Assembly: GCA_035699145.1 (NCBI GenBank)
Contig: DASSBB010000076.1
Span: 18,815 to 82,814 of the forward strand
Direction of reading: 5' to 3'
Length of the DNA stretch: 64,000 nt
DNA from: Marmoricola sp.
Lineage (GTDB): Bacteria > Actinomycetota > Actinomycetes > Propionibacteriales > Nocardioidaceae
Below are positions 1 through 8,590 of this stretch, one piece after another. Position 1 is the first letter of the stretch. Each line of letters opens with the position of its first letter. The position numbers and the translations under genes were made by a program. The notes beneath the pieces are model-generated. The model was not told the DNA's origin and did no database searches. It saw nothing but the letters and a program-made list of their open reading frames with translations.

Positions 1-950
1 AGCCCGTCGAGCTCCTCGGCGTCCTGGTAGTCGTCGCTGACGATCGACGCCGCGTTGGTGTACGAGACGACGTACTCGCGGAAGTCGAGCTCGTTCTCCA
101 GGACGTAGTTGATGATCCCGCCGAGGAACGCGATGTCCGAGCCGGCCCGGAGCGGCACGAAGCGGTCCGCGTGCGCACTGGTCCGGGTGAACCGCGGATC
201 GACGTGGATGAGCTTCGCCCCGCGGGCCTTGGCCTCCATCACCCACTGGAAACCGACCGGGTGGGCCTCGGCCATGTTCGAGCCCTGGATGACGATGCAG
301 TCAGCGTTGGCCAGGTCCTGCTGGAACGTCGTCGCGCCGCCGCGACCGAAGCTGGTCCCCAGACCGGGGACGGTGGAGGAGTGTCAAATACGCGCCTGGT
401 TCTCGATCTGGATCGCACCCATGGCGGTGAAGAGCTTCTTGATGAGGTAGTTCTCCTCGTTGTCCAGCGTCGCGCCACCGAGGCTGGCGATGCCGAGAGT
501 ACGGCGGACCCGCCGCCCCTCCTCGTCGATCTCCTGCCAGGTGTCGTTGCGGGTCTTGACGACCCGGTCCGCGATCATGTTCATCGCGGTGTCGAGGTCG
601 AGGTCCTCCCACTCGGTGCCGAACGGGCGGCGGTAGCGGACCGTCGTCTCGCGGAGGTCGCTCGTCACGAGGTTCTTGCTCGCCGAGCCCTTCGGGCAGA
701 GCCGCCCGCGCGAGATGGGGCTGTCGGGGTCGCCCTCGATCTGGACGACCTTCTCGTCCTTGACGAACACCTTCTGGCCGCAACCGACCGCGCAGTAGGG
801 ACAGACGCTCCGCGCGACCCGGTCGGCGGTCGCCGTACGAGCAGTGATCGTCTCGGTGCGCTTCGAGCGGACGGCCGGTCCGCGACCGAGCGGGTCCGTC
901 CCGCGGAGCTGCCGGAGCACCGGCCAGCCGAGAAATGACTTGTCGCCCAT
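1..950 (-). CDS. fdhA: Formate dehydrogenase catalytic (alpha) subunit, selenocysteine-containing; 3' end runs off the window start
   Basis: Track ORF 384..1064, start refined to ATG 950 (GAGGGGG RBS upstream). It carries the N-terminal Cys cluster CPYCAVGCG...CPKG and stops at ...IENQARI, TGA 384-386. My translation of the same frame downstream continues HSSTVPGLGTSFGRGGATTFQQDLANADCIVIQGSNMAEAHPVGFQWVMEAKARGAKLIHVDPRFTRT... to position 1. This matches the FdnG/FdhF NQAR(V/I)-U-H active-site context. Confidence 0.9.
355..386 (-). promoter_or_regulatory. UGA selenocysteine recoding site with SECIS-like hairpin
   Basis: The in-frame TGA is at 384..386 on the minus strand. Twelve nt downstream is a perfect hairpin GUCCCC-GGUCU-GGGGAC (355..371) with a G/U-containing apical loop, placed as expected for a bacterial SECIS. 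Confidence 0.7.
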
Positions 951-1060
951 GGGGAGCCCCCTCGATTCAGCTGTGGCCCGTGACCGGGACGCTACACACG
1001 CCGGTACCCCTTGTGAAGCATCCGCAACCTCCGGCAGGTCGCGCAGTGCGGACCGGGGCG

Positions 1061-2077
1061 TCACCGTACGACGAGCGCGCTCCCCTGAGCCGGCACCAGC
1101 TCACCGATGACGGGGTGGCCGGGGAGCTCTCCGGCGACGAGGAGACCGCCGGAGGTCTGGGCGTCGGCGAGCAGGACCAGCTCGTCCTCGGAGACGCCTG
1201 CGTCGAGGTGCGGCCGGACCCACTCGAGGTTGCGACGGCTGCCGCCGGGGACGAAGCCGTCGGCCAGCGACTGGCGGGCGCCCTCGACGTAGGGAACCGC
1301 ACCCGAGTCCACCACCGCGGTGACGCCGCTCGCCCGCGCGACCTTGTACAGGTGGCCCAGCAGGCCGAAGCCGGTGACGTCCGTCGCGCAGGTGTACCCC
1401 GCCGCCAGCGCCGCGAGCGCGGCGTCCCGGTTGAGCCGGCACATGACGGCCACCGCCTCGTCGAACCACTCCCCCGTCGCCTTGTGCCGGTTGTTGAGGA
1501 CACCGAGCCCCAACGGCTTCGTCAGCGTGAGCGGGACGCCCGCACGCCCGCCGTCGTTGCGGAGCAACCGGTCCGGGTGCGCCAGCCCGGTGACCGCGAG
1601 CCCGTACTTTGGCTCGCGGTCGTCGATGCTGTGGCCCCCGGCCAGGTAGGCCCCGGCTTCGGCGCAGACCTCGGCGCCGCCGGCGAGCACCTCCGCGGCC
1701 AGCTCGAACGGGATCCGGTCGCGCGGCCAGGCCAGCAGGTTGAGCGCGACGAGCGGGGTGCCGCCCATCGCATAGACGTCGGAGAGGGCGTTCGCCGCGG
1801 CGATCCGCCCCCAGGTGCGCGCGTCGTCCACGACCGGCGTGAAGAAGTCGGTCGTCGCGATCACCGCGCGTTCGCCGTCGATGCGGACCGCGGCCGCGTC
1901 GTCGCCGTCGTCGAGCCCGACCAGGAGGTCACCTCCGCTCCGGCTGGTCGGCAGGTCGCGCACGATCCGTTCCAGCTCGCCCGGGGGGACCTTGCAGGCA
2001 CAGCCGCCGCCGGCGGCGTACTGGGTGAGGCGGACCGTGCTGCTCGTCGTCGTGGGCGCGGACGTCATGGGGTTCAA
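1061..2077 (-). CDS. selD: Selenide, water dikinase (selenophosphate synthetase)
   Basis: 338-aa ORF. The N-terminal LTQYAAGGGCACKVPP matches the SelD glycine-rich Cys-Lys active-site loop. It has an AIR-synthase-like fold length and sits next to tRNA-Sec and a Sec-containing FDH. Confidence 0.9.
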   Translation of the reverse strand: MNPMTSAPTTTSSTVRLTQYAAGGGCACKVPPGELERIVRDLPTSRSGGDLLVGLDDGDDAAAVRIDGERAVIATTDFFTPVVDDARTWGRIAAANALSDVYAMGGTPLVALNLLAWPRDRIPFELAAEVLAGGAEVCAEAGAYLAGGHSIDDREPKYGLAVTGLAHPDRLLRNDGGRAGVPLTLTKPLGLGVLNNRHKATGEWFDEAVAVMCRLNRDAALAALAAGYTCATDVTGFGLLGHLYKVARASGVTAVVDSGAVPYVEGARQSLADGFVPGGSRRNLEWVRPHLDAGVSEDELVLLADAQTSGGLLVAGELPGHPVIGELVPAQGSALVVR

Positions 2078-2105
2078 CCTATGCCGGGGTGGCTAGGTTG
2101 TCCCC

Positions 2106-2200
2106 GGAGGCGTTCCTCGTCTGGTGACGGGCGCGGTCCTCAAAACCGTAGGGGCCCGGTATCCGGGTCCGGCGGGTTCGATTCCCGTCCGCCTCCGCCA
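2106..2200 (+). tRNA. selC: tRNA-Sec (anticodon UCA), CCA encoded
   Basis: 95 nt, GGAGGCG...CGCCUCC-G-CCA acceptor. It has a 6-bp D stem CTCGTC/GACGGG with 4-nt loop TGGT, typical of tRNA-Sec. The anticodon stem CGGT/ACCG carries loop CCUCAAA (anticodon UCA). The long variable arm is GGGCCCGG-TAT-CCGGGTCC and the T loop is GTTCGATTC. Confidence 0.9.
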
Positions 2201-2217
2201 TCATGCCGGGATACGGC

Positions 2218-3462
2218 TCAGCGCGCCCCGGTCACCATCCCGGTCACCTCAGCCACGAACCGGTCTCCCACGCCCGCGGCGCGGATCAGTCTGCCGAGCC
2301 TTGCCGCGCCCTCGGCGTACGAGGGGTCGGTGAGCAGCTCGGAGACGGCTCGACCGATGCGCTCCGGTGTCGCGGTCGGACGGAGCCGGGCACCGGCGTG
2401 GTGCCGGACGACTCGGGCAGCGTTGTCCGGCTGGTCGCGCCCGAGCGGGAGCACGAGCACCGGTCGGTCGGCCGCGAGAGCCTTGATCACCGTGCCGTGG
2501 CCGCCGTGCGTCACGACGAGAGAAACGTGCGGGAGCACCCGCGAGTGGGGTACCGACGGCACCAGCTGGATGCCCGGCCGAGGCGCGGCCACCGGACGAA
2601 GCGCAGGGCCAGTGGTGACGAGGGCCCGGACCTGGCACCCGGCGAGGCCGGCGACCACCCGTTCCAGGAGCTCGGGCGCTCCGCGGGTCCGGGCGGTGGA
2701 CAACCCGACGAGGACCAACGGGTCGTCACCGGGCGGCAGCGGAACTGCGTCACCGGCCCACTCCGGATCGTCCAGGATCGGCCCGACGTAGCGGACGTTG
2801 GCCGGGCGGTCACCGGCCGGGAAGTCGAAGGCCTCGGCGGTGAGAACGAGGACGCGATCGGTTCGGTCCAGCTGGGACCACACATGGTCCAGGGCCTCGA
2901 GCCCCAGCTCGTGGCGAGTGGCATTGAGCTGGCGCAGGCCGAGATCCGTCAACCGGTTCGCCACCCGCGGCAGCACTTGGTCGCGCAGCTGGCCCAGAGG
3001 ACCCGTCGCGGGCGACAACCCGCTGCCGAACGGCGGCTCGCCCGGGGTCGGGCGAAGGTACGGACCCGGTATCAGCGCCGCGGACGGGATGCCGAGCGAC
3101 TCCGCTGCGACCAGTGCCCCCATCAGTGCCACGTCCGCCACCACTGCGTCGACCGGTTCGGCCTCGGCCGCGGCGCGGACGTCGGCGGCCAAGGCCGCTG
3201 ACGGCCCGGTGAACAGGCCGTCGAGCAGCCGCCGGAGCAGGGTGAGCGGGTTGGTGACCTCCCAGTCGGCGATGCGCTCCTGAACCGGGTACGGCGCCCG
3301 CTGCCACGGCCTGAACCGGGCACCCACAGCGGCTGCTGCGCCGCCCACGCTCGGCTCCCCCAGCACGGTGACCGAGTGGCCGGCCTCGATCAGCCGGCGG
3401 GCGGCGCCGACCTCGACCGGCACCGTGCCTCCGCCGTCCCAGAGGACCATGAGGACGTGCAT
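2218..3462 (-). CDS. Family 1 (GT-B, MGT/UDP-glycosyltransferase-like) glycosyltransferase
   Basis: This is the C-terminal 414 codons of track ORF 2218..4650, starting MHVLMVLWDGGG at ATG 3462. The nucleotide-sugar binding motif VTHGGHGTVIKALAADRPVLVLPLGRDQPDNA lies near the C-terminus. Confidence 0.75.
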   Translation of the reverse strand: MHVLMVLWDGGGTVPVEVGAARRLIEAGHSVTVLGEPSVGGAAAAVGARFRPWQRAPYPVQERIADWEVTNPLTLLRRLLDGLFTGPSAALAADVRAAAEAEPVDAVVADVALMGALVAAESLGIPSAALIPGPYLRPTPGEPPFGSGLSPATGPLGQLRDQVLPRVANRLTDLGLRQLNATRHELGLEALDHVWSQLDRTDRVLVLTAEAFDFPAGDRPANVRYVGPILDDPEWAGDAVPLPPGDDPLVLVGLSTARTRGAPELLERVVAGLAGCQVRALVTTGPALRPVAAPRPGIQLVPSVPHSRVLPHVSLVVTHGGHGTVIKALAADRPVLVLPLGRDQPDNAARVVRHHAGARLRPTATPERIGRAVSELLTDPSYAEGAARLGRLIRAAGVGDRFVAEVTGMVTGAR

Positions 3463-3652
3463 CGCTCCCGAGCGTGGGGGCCTCAGGGCCGCTACGAGAA
3501 GGGCCGGAGGTCGCGGAAGCGTCAGGGCCATCAGCCAGTGGCTCAGGTCAGTGTCGACGAGGAACGCGCTGCCCTCGGCTTCGTGACGGGCTCGGCCACG
3601 CGGTGGCCGCCTGCGCCTTTCCCGTGGCGGAGCAACATGGTGTGATGCTTGC

Positions 3653-4351
3653 GTGGACCACGCCGGGGCGTTCCCCGCGACCGAGAACCTCGCAGCGCTG
3701 CTGCTGCTGGCGGACGGACGCTTCCCGGCCGGCGGGTACGCCCACTCCGGTGGTCTCGAACCGGCCATCGGTGCCGGCCGAGTGCGCGACCTCGCGACGC
3801 TGGAGGCGTTCCTCGAGGGGCGTGCCGCGACGGCGGGGTTCCTCGCCGCCACCTTCGCGGCCGCAGCCTGTGGCGCCTTCGCGGAATCGGACGACTCCCG
3901 ACTCGACGCCCTGCACCCGGAGCTGGACGCCCGGATCCCCTCGCCGGCACAACGGGCGACGTCACGCCAGCTCGGACGCCAGCTGCTCCGGGCGATGCAG
4001 ACGATCCGCCCCCACCCGAGGTTCGGCCAGCTCGGACCGGCCCCGCACCAACCGATCGCGCTCGGCGCCGCGGTCGCCTCGTTCGGCCTGGGGCCGCGCG
4101 AGGCCGCCATGGTCGCGCTGCACGAGTCCACCGCAGGGCCTGCCGCTGCGTCGGTGCGGCTGCTGAGCCTCGACCCGTTCAGCACCCATGCCTGTCTGGC
4201 CAGGCTCGGCGCACGGCTGGACGTGCTCGCGGACGAAGCAGTCGCATCGAGCGGCGATGACCTCGATGACCTGCCGGCGGCGGGGACTCCGCTCCTCGAC
4301 ATCTCGGCTGAGCGCCACGCGACCGCAGCGATGCGGCTGTTCGCATCATGA
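3653..4351 (+). CDS. ureF: Urease accessory protein UreF
   Basis: 232 aa. LLLLADGRFPAGGYAHSGGLE is the conserved UreF N-terminal motif. Its stop overlaps the next ORF start (ATGA). Confidence 0.85.
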   Translation: MDHAGAFPATENLAALLLLADGRFPAGGYAHSGGLEPAIGAGRVRDLATLEAFLEGRAATAGFLAATFAAAACGAFAESDDSRLDALHPELDARIPSPAQRATSRQLGRQLLRAMQTIRPHPRFGQLGPAPHQPIALGAAVASFGLGPREAAMVALHESTAGPAAASVRLLSLDPFSTHACLARLGARLDVLADEAVASSGDDLDDLPAAGTPLLDISAERHATAAMRLFAS

Positions 4352-5292
4352 GCACCGACGAAGCGCTCGCGTCCGGGCATCGTCCCCTCTCGTTGACCGA
4401 GCCGGTCGCGGTCGGTGGGCCCACCAGAGGCACGACCGCGGGGATGCGCGCCCGAGCGCACCTGGCGACACAGCTCCGCACGACGGCCGGTGGAGGGCGA
4501 CGCAGCTGCGTGTCGACGCTTCGGTCGGAGGCGCCGTTGGTGCTCCGGCCCACCAGGCCGACGGCAGCCGAGTCGTGGTCCGCTGTCGCGTCGGATGCCG
4601 TCCAGGTCTCCTTGGCGGCCGGGGCCGCCGGGCCCGTGGGGGGTGACCACCTGATCTTGGAGATCGATGTCGGCGAAGGCAGCTCGCTCGTGCTGTCGGA
4701 GGTCTCACCCACGCTGCTGCTGCCGGGACCGCACGGACGGCGGTCCCGCACCGACGTACGGATCACCGTGGCCGAGGGCGGCACCTTGATCTGGCTGCCC
4801 GAACCGGTCATCGCCGCCCGCGCCTGCGACCACCTCAACGACGTCCGCGTGCACCTCGACGACGGGGCCCGGCTCCTCATGCGCGAGGAGGTCCTGCTGG
4901 GCCGGCACGGTGAGCCCGGCGGACGCGTCGCCCAGCGGGTCAGCGTACGGCTCGCCGGTCGGCCGCTGCACCGCCAGGACCTCGTCCACGGGACGCCCGT
5001 CTCGACCACGCCCGCGGTGACCGGTGGGCACCGGGCGGTCGGGTCGGTCCTCGTCGTGGACCCCGACTGGGTGGAGCGACCACCAACCGTGCGACAGGTC
5101 GACGGCGAGGCCGCGTTGCTTCCCCTGACCGGCCCCGCGGCACTGGTCACCGCCCTCGCCGGCGACAACCTCCAGCTGCGGCGCCGACTGGCTGCGGGGC
5201 TGGCCGAGCTCGGGCCGCCGTGGGGTCGGAACGGTGGCCCGACCATGGACATCTGCACGTCACGAGCACCAGGAGGACGCGTTGAGCGATGA
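4348..5292 (+). CDS. ureD: Urease accessory protein UreD/UreH
   Basis: Carries [46 protein letters not shown] and [16 protein letters not shown], the characteristic UreD blocks. The start is uncertain; a later Met at residue 33 is possible. Confidence 0.75.
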   Translation: MSTDEALASGHRPLSLTEPVAVGGPTRGTTAGMRARAHLATQLRTTAGGGRRSCVSTLRSEAPLVLRPTRPTAAESWSAVASDAVQVSLAAGAAGPVGGDHLILEIDVGEGSSLVLSEVSPTLLLPGPHGRRSRTDVRITVAEGGTLIWLPEPVIAARACDHLNDVRVHLDDGARLLMREEVLLGRHGEPGGRVAQRVSVRLAGRPLHRQDLVHGTPVSTTPAVTGGHRAVGSVLVVDPDWVERPPTVRQVDGEAALLPLTGPAALVTALAGDNLQLRRRLAAGLAELGPPWGRNGGPTMDICTSRAPGGRVER

Positions 5293-6103
5293 GACCAGGC
5301 AAGGGACCACTCCCGAGGCATCCCCGAGCGGCACGAGCGGCAGGGCGTTGCGTCTGGGGGTGGCCGGGCCCGTCGGCACCGGGAAGAGCTCGCTGATCGC
5401 GACCGTGTGCCGCGCCTTGGCCGATGAGCTGAGCCTGGCGGTCATCACCAACGACATCTACACCGACGAGGACGCCCGGTTCCTCCGCTCCGCCGGAGTG
5501 CTGCCCGGTGAACGGATCCGTGCGGTGGAGACCGGAGCTTGCCCGCACACGGCGATCCGTGACGACATCACGATGAACCTGCTCGCCGTGGAGGACCTCG
5601 AACGTGACTTCGCGCCCGTCGACATCGTCCTCGTCGAGAGCGGCGGGGACAACCTCACCGCGACGTTCTCCCCGGGGCTGGTGGACGCCCAGCTCTTCGT
5701 GCTCGACGTGGCCGGCGGCGGCGACGTCGCTCGCAAGGGCGGTCCCGGCATCGCCCGCGCCGACCTGCTGGTCATCAACAAGACCGACCTCGGCCCCCAC
5801 GTCGACGTCGACGTCGACCAGATGGTCGCCGACGCGACCGCCGCACGCAACGGTGGGCCGGTGCTCGCGCTCTCCCGGAAGGACGAGGCGTCGGTCCAGG
5901 AGCTCTGTGCGTGGGTGAGGTGGATGCACCAGCAGCACATCGAGGGCAAGCACACGCCGAGCGACCCTGACCCGATGGCGCCGCACTCGCACCCGCGCGC
6001 GGCCTCGACGACCCCGACCAGCACCGCCGTCGACGACGGCACCGTGCCGGACAAGCAGCTGTGGCGGTGGAAGGACGACGGCGGGGCGTTGCCGCCGTCG
6101 TAG
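5234..6103 (+). CDS. ureG: Urease accessory GTPase UreG
   Basis: Carries the P-loop [17 protein letters not shown] and NKTDL, the UreG signature blocks. An alternative TTG start at 5282 would remove most of the overlap with ureD. There is a C-terminal tail of about 50 aa beyond the usual UreG end. Confidence 0.85.
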   Translation: MARPWTSARHEHQEDALSDETRQGTTPEASPSGTSGRALRLGVAGPVGTGKSSLIATVCRALADELSLAVITNDIYTDEDARFLRSAGVLPGERIRAVETGACPHTAIRDDITMNLLAVEDLERDFAPVDIVLVESGGDNLTATFSPGLVDAQLFVLDVAGGGDVARKGGPGIARADLLVINKTDLGPHVDVDVDQMVADATAARNGGPVLALSRKDEASVQELCAWVRWMHQQHIEGKHTPSDPDPMAPHSHPRAASTTPTSTAVDDGTVPDKQLWRWKDDGGALPPS

Positions 6104-6158
6104 ATCGCGTTCGGATCGAGCCACTCGGCAACACCGCGTCGGCGCGCGGGCGGAATGG

Positions 6159-6563
6159 TCAGCCGACCACGGCGAGCGCGTCGATCTCGACGAGCATGGC
6201 CTCGTTCGGCAGCTGGGTCATCACTGTCGTCCGGCAGGGCAGCCGGCCGCTCGGCACGTTCTCTCGGACGAACTCGCCGTACGCCTCGTTCATCGCGGCG
6301 AAGTCGTCGCGGGTGGTGAGGTACACACGGAACATCACGACGTCCTCCACGCTGGCACCGCCGGCCTCGAGGATCGCCTTGACGTTGTCGAGCACACGAT
6401 GGGTCTGCACGCGCACGTCGCCGGCGCCGATGTACTCGTTGGTCCCCGGGTCTACGGGTCCCTGTCCACTGACCTGAAGCAGCCCGCCCTTGGTCACCCC
6501 CTGGCTGAAAGTGTGCGCGGGAGCGGGGGCCGAGGACGTGCTGACGACGGTCTTGGTGGTCAT
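6159..6563 (-). CDS. ridA: RidA/YjgF family reactive enamine-imine deaminase
   Basis: 134 aa with typical RidA layout: APAPAHTFSQGV...LQVSGQ...VDPGT, then C-terminal CRTTVMTQLPNEAMLVEIDALAV. It has an ATGA overlap with the upstream IclR gene. Confidence 0.8.
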   Translation of the reverse strand: MTTKTVVSTSSAPAPAHTFSQGVTKGGLLQVSGQGPVDPGTNEYIGAGDVRVQTHRVLDNVKAILEAGGASVEDVVMFRVYLTTRDDFAAMNEAYGEFVRENVPSGRLPCRTTVMTQLPNEAMLVEIDALAVVG

Positions 6564-7333
6564 GAGGTGAGCTCCTTGTCGTGGTTGAGGTCCGGCTGCC
6601 AGCCGAAGTCTTGGGAGATCGCCGTGGTCACTTCGAGCAGGTCGGGCAGCAGGTTCAGCAGCTGGTCGTAGGTGAGGACGACGTCGGGGACCGAGACCGA
6701 CACCGCTGCCACGGTGCGCCCCGAGGCGCCGCGCACGGGCGCCGCGATGCAGTTGATGGACGGCTCGTTCTCCTCACGGTCGTGCGCCCACCCCTGTTGC
6801 CGGACGGCGTCGAGCTCCGCGAGCAGGGTGTCCGGGTCCGTGATCGTGTTCGGGGTCGTCGGGCTCATCGAGAGGTGGGACACGATGTCTGTGCGTTCGG
6901 CCTCGGGGAGGTCCGCGAGGAGGACCTTGCCGACCGCTGACGAGTGCAACGGGGGATGCAGTCCGATGCGGGAGTACATGCGGATCTGGTCGTGCGACTC
7001 CAGCTTGTCGATGTACACCGCCTCGCCGTCCTCGAGCACCGCGAGGTGGGTGGTGCGACCGTGCTTCCGGTTGAACGCGGCGAGGTGCGGGCCGGCGACG
7101 CGCCGTACCTCTCGTTGGTCCAGTGCGCGTGAGGAGAGCTCGAAGACGCGTGATCCCAGGTAGAAGCGATGGCTGCTGTCACGCACGACGAACTGCTCCT
7201 GGGCGAGGGTTCGCAACAGTCGCAGCACGGTCGTCTTGTGGACGCCGGTGGCGGCTGCAAGCTCGTCGAGGTTGGCCGGTCCGTCCCCCAGCTGGATCAG
7301 GATCTGCAGCGCCCGGCCGACGCTCTGGCTCAC
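6560..7333 (-). CDS. IclR family transcriptional regulator
   Basis: GTG start at 7333, overlapping the kinase stop (GTGA). It has an N-terminal winged HTH (SVGRALQILIQLGDGPANLDELAAATGVHKTTVLRLLRTL) and a C-terminal IclR effector domain (HSSAVGKVLLA..., NCIAAPVR). Confidence 0.85.
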   Translation of the reverse strand: MSQSVGRALQILIQLGDGPANLDELAAATGVHKTTVLRLLRTLAQEQFVVRDSSHRFYLGSRVFELSSRALDQREVRRVAGPHLAAFNRKHGRTTHLAVLEDGEAVYIDKLESHDQIRMYSRIGLHPPLHSSAVGKVLLADLPEAERTDIVSHLSMSPTTPNTITDPDTLLAELDAVRQQGWAHDREENEPSINCIAAPVRGASGRTVAAVSVSVPDVVLTYDQLLNLLPDLLEVTTAISQDFGWQPDLNHDKELTS

Positions 7334-8397
7334 CGGTCGGCTCCGTCTGGGGTGCGGGTCGTGACACCGGATGCGGTCACGATGGCCGCTGCCCACTCGG
7401 CCGGCGTGGCGTTCAGGAGGTGCTGGACGCCTGCCAGGTCGGCGGCGGCTGAATCGCCCGTGACGGTGAGGACCACTGCGGCGCTGAGGTGGCCACGACG
7501 CAGGCATCGGCGCGTCTCCTCGCCGCGCACCCGCCCCGCGAGGAACCCCGCCGCGAACGCGTCGCCGGCGCCGACCGGCTCCACCACCTCCACGCTGAGG
7601 GCAGGTTCCTCCACAACAGTCCCGTCCCGGGCCACTGCCACCGCTCGACGTGCGCCGTCCTTCACGATGAGCAGCTCGGGACCCGGGAGCATCGCGCGCA
7701 GGGACGTCGGGTCGTCGGTGCCGAACACACGGATGGCCTCGTCGGCGCCGACCAGCACCGTGTCCGCCAGGCCGGCGAGCTCGACCACGGTGCTCGGGTC
7801 GCCACCGGGCCAGAGCTGCTCACGCCAGTTCACGTCGAAGCAGATCTGTGCGTCCCACTCACGCGCTCGATGCAGCAGAGCACGCATGAGCTGGGCGCAG
7901 GACGCCGAGAGTGCGGGATTGATGCCGCTCGTGTGGATCACCGTGGCTCGTGACAGCACCGCGTCGACGTGAGGCTCGTCGAGGAGCTCCGGGCCCATCG
8001 CAGAGGCTGCCGAGCTGGCCCGACGATAGCGAACCCGAGTGCTCGGCTCGCCGTGTTCGTCTCGTTCGACCAGCTTGGCGTACGAGCCCGTCGGTCGGTC
8101 GGGGTCCCGTTGCACCGCGCTGACGTCCACTCCGTGCCGCTTCAAGTCGGCGTACAGCAGGTCCCCGAGCCAGTCCGCGCCAAGGCGGCCTATCCAGGAC
8201 GCCGGGACGCCCATCGCCGCCAACGCGGCGGCGACGTTGGCCTCGGCGCCGGCGAGCGTCCCTGCCACGGGTGGGCCGACGGGCGCGTCGGTGGCCGGCG
8301 AGCGGGTATCGGCCTCGTCTGGCAGTGCGGGGAGCAGCACGAGCGCCTCTCCCAGGCAGGCCACCGACCCCAGGTGTTGCTCCGCGGGGCTACGCAT
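7330..8397 (-). CDS. kdgK: PfkB family sugar kinase, 2-dehydro-3-deoxygluconokinase-like
   Basis: 355 aa. The PfkB C-terminal signature is VEPVGAGDAFAAGFLAG. Context: a KDPG aldolase sits in the divergent operon. Confidence 0.7.
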   Translation of the reverse strand: MRSPAEQHLGSVACLGEALVLLPALPDEADTRSPATDAPVGPPVAGTLAGAEANVAAALAAMGVPASWIGRLGADWLGDLLYADLKRHGVDVSAVQRDPDRPTGSYAKLVERDEHGEPSTRVRYRRASSAASAMGPELLDEPHVDAVLSRATVIHTSGINPALSASCAQLMRALLHRAREWDAQICFDVNWREQLWPGGDPSTVVELAGLADTVLVGADEAIRVFGTDDPTSLRAMLPGPELLIVKDGARRAVAVARDGTVVEEPALSVEVVEPVGAGDAFAAGFLAGRVRGEETRRCLRRGHLSAAVVLTVTGDSAAADLAGVQHLLNATPAEWAAAIVTASGVTTRTPDGADR

Positions 8398-8518
8398 CGG
8401 CGACAGGTCCTCCTCAGATGACGACAGGGGCGCCGGAACGCCGGCGATCGAAGTCGTGGCGCCGGGTGGATCGTTGACGCCGCTCTGCGACCGATGCTAC
8501 AACAGATGACGCAGCCTA

Positions 8519-8534
8519 TGCAACGCGCGTTGCG
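8519..8534. promoter_or_regulatory. Candidate operator palindrome in the kdgK / deaminase divergent promoter region
   Basis: GCAACGCGCGTTGC (8520..8533) is a perfect 14-bp palindrome. The half-site TGCAAC/GTTGCA recurs at 8540..8545 and 8564..8569, between the divergently transcribed operons and next to an IclR gene. Confidence 0.4.
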
Positions 8535-8590
8535 CAGGCTGCAACTTCAACCGTGGGGCGACCGTTGCACTGGTTGCCAGGAAGGCCGGC

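Noticed and set aside
935-2791. A 618-aa plus-strand ORF, and many similar long ORFs elsewhere (for example 8494..10107, 18886..20907, 29938..31818, 40498..43098, 43129..45174, 46613..48847, 60189..61823).
   Set aside because: They lie antisense to, or out of frame with, genes that carry clear family motifs. Their translations are Arg/Pro/Gly/Ala-rich low-complexity sequence, typical of stop-codon-poor alternative frames in high-GC DNA.
2218-4650. An 810-aa minus-strand ORF that could be read as one large protein.
   Set aside because: Only the 3' 1245 nt, from ATG 3462, encodes a recognisable GT1 glycosyltransferase. The upstream 400 codons are low-complexity sequence antisense to ureF/ureD, which have strong motifs on the plus strand.
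5234-5292. The 59-nt ureD/ureG overlap read as a frameshift or gene fusion.
   Set aside because: Both frames carry complete, independent family motifs. The overlap disappears if ureG initiates at TTG 5282, so this is ordinary start-codon ambiguity.
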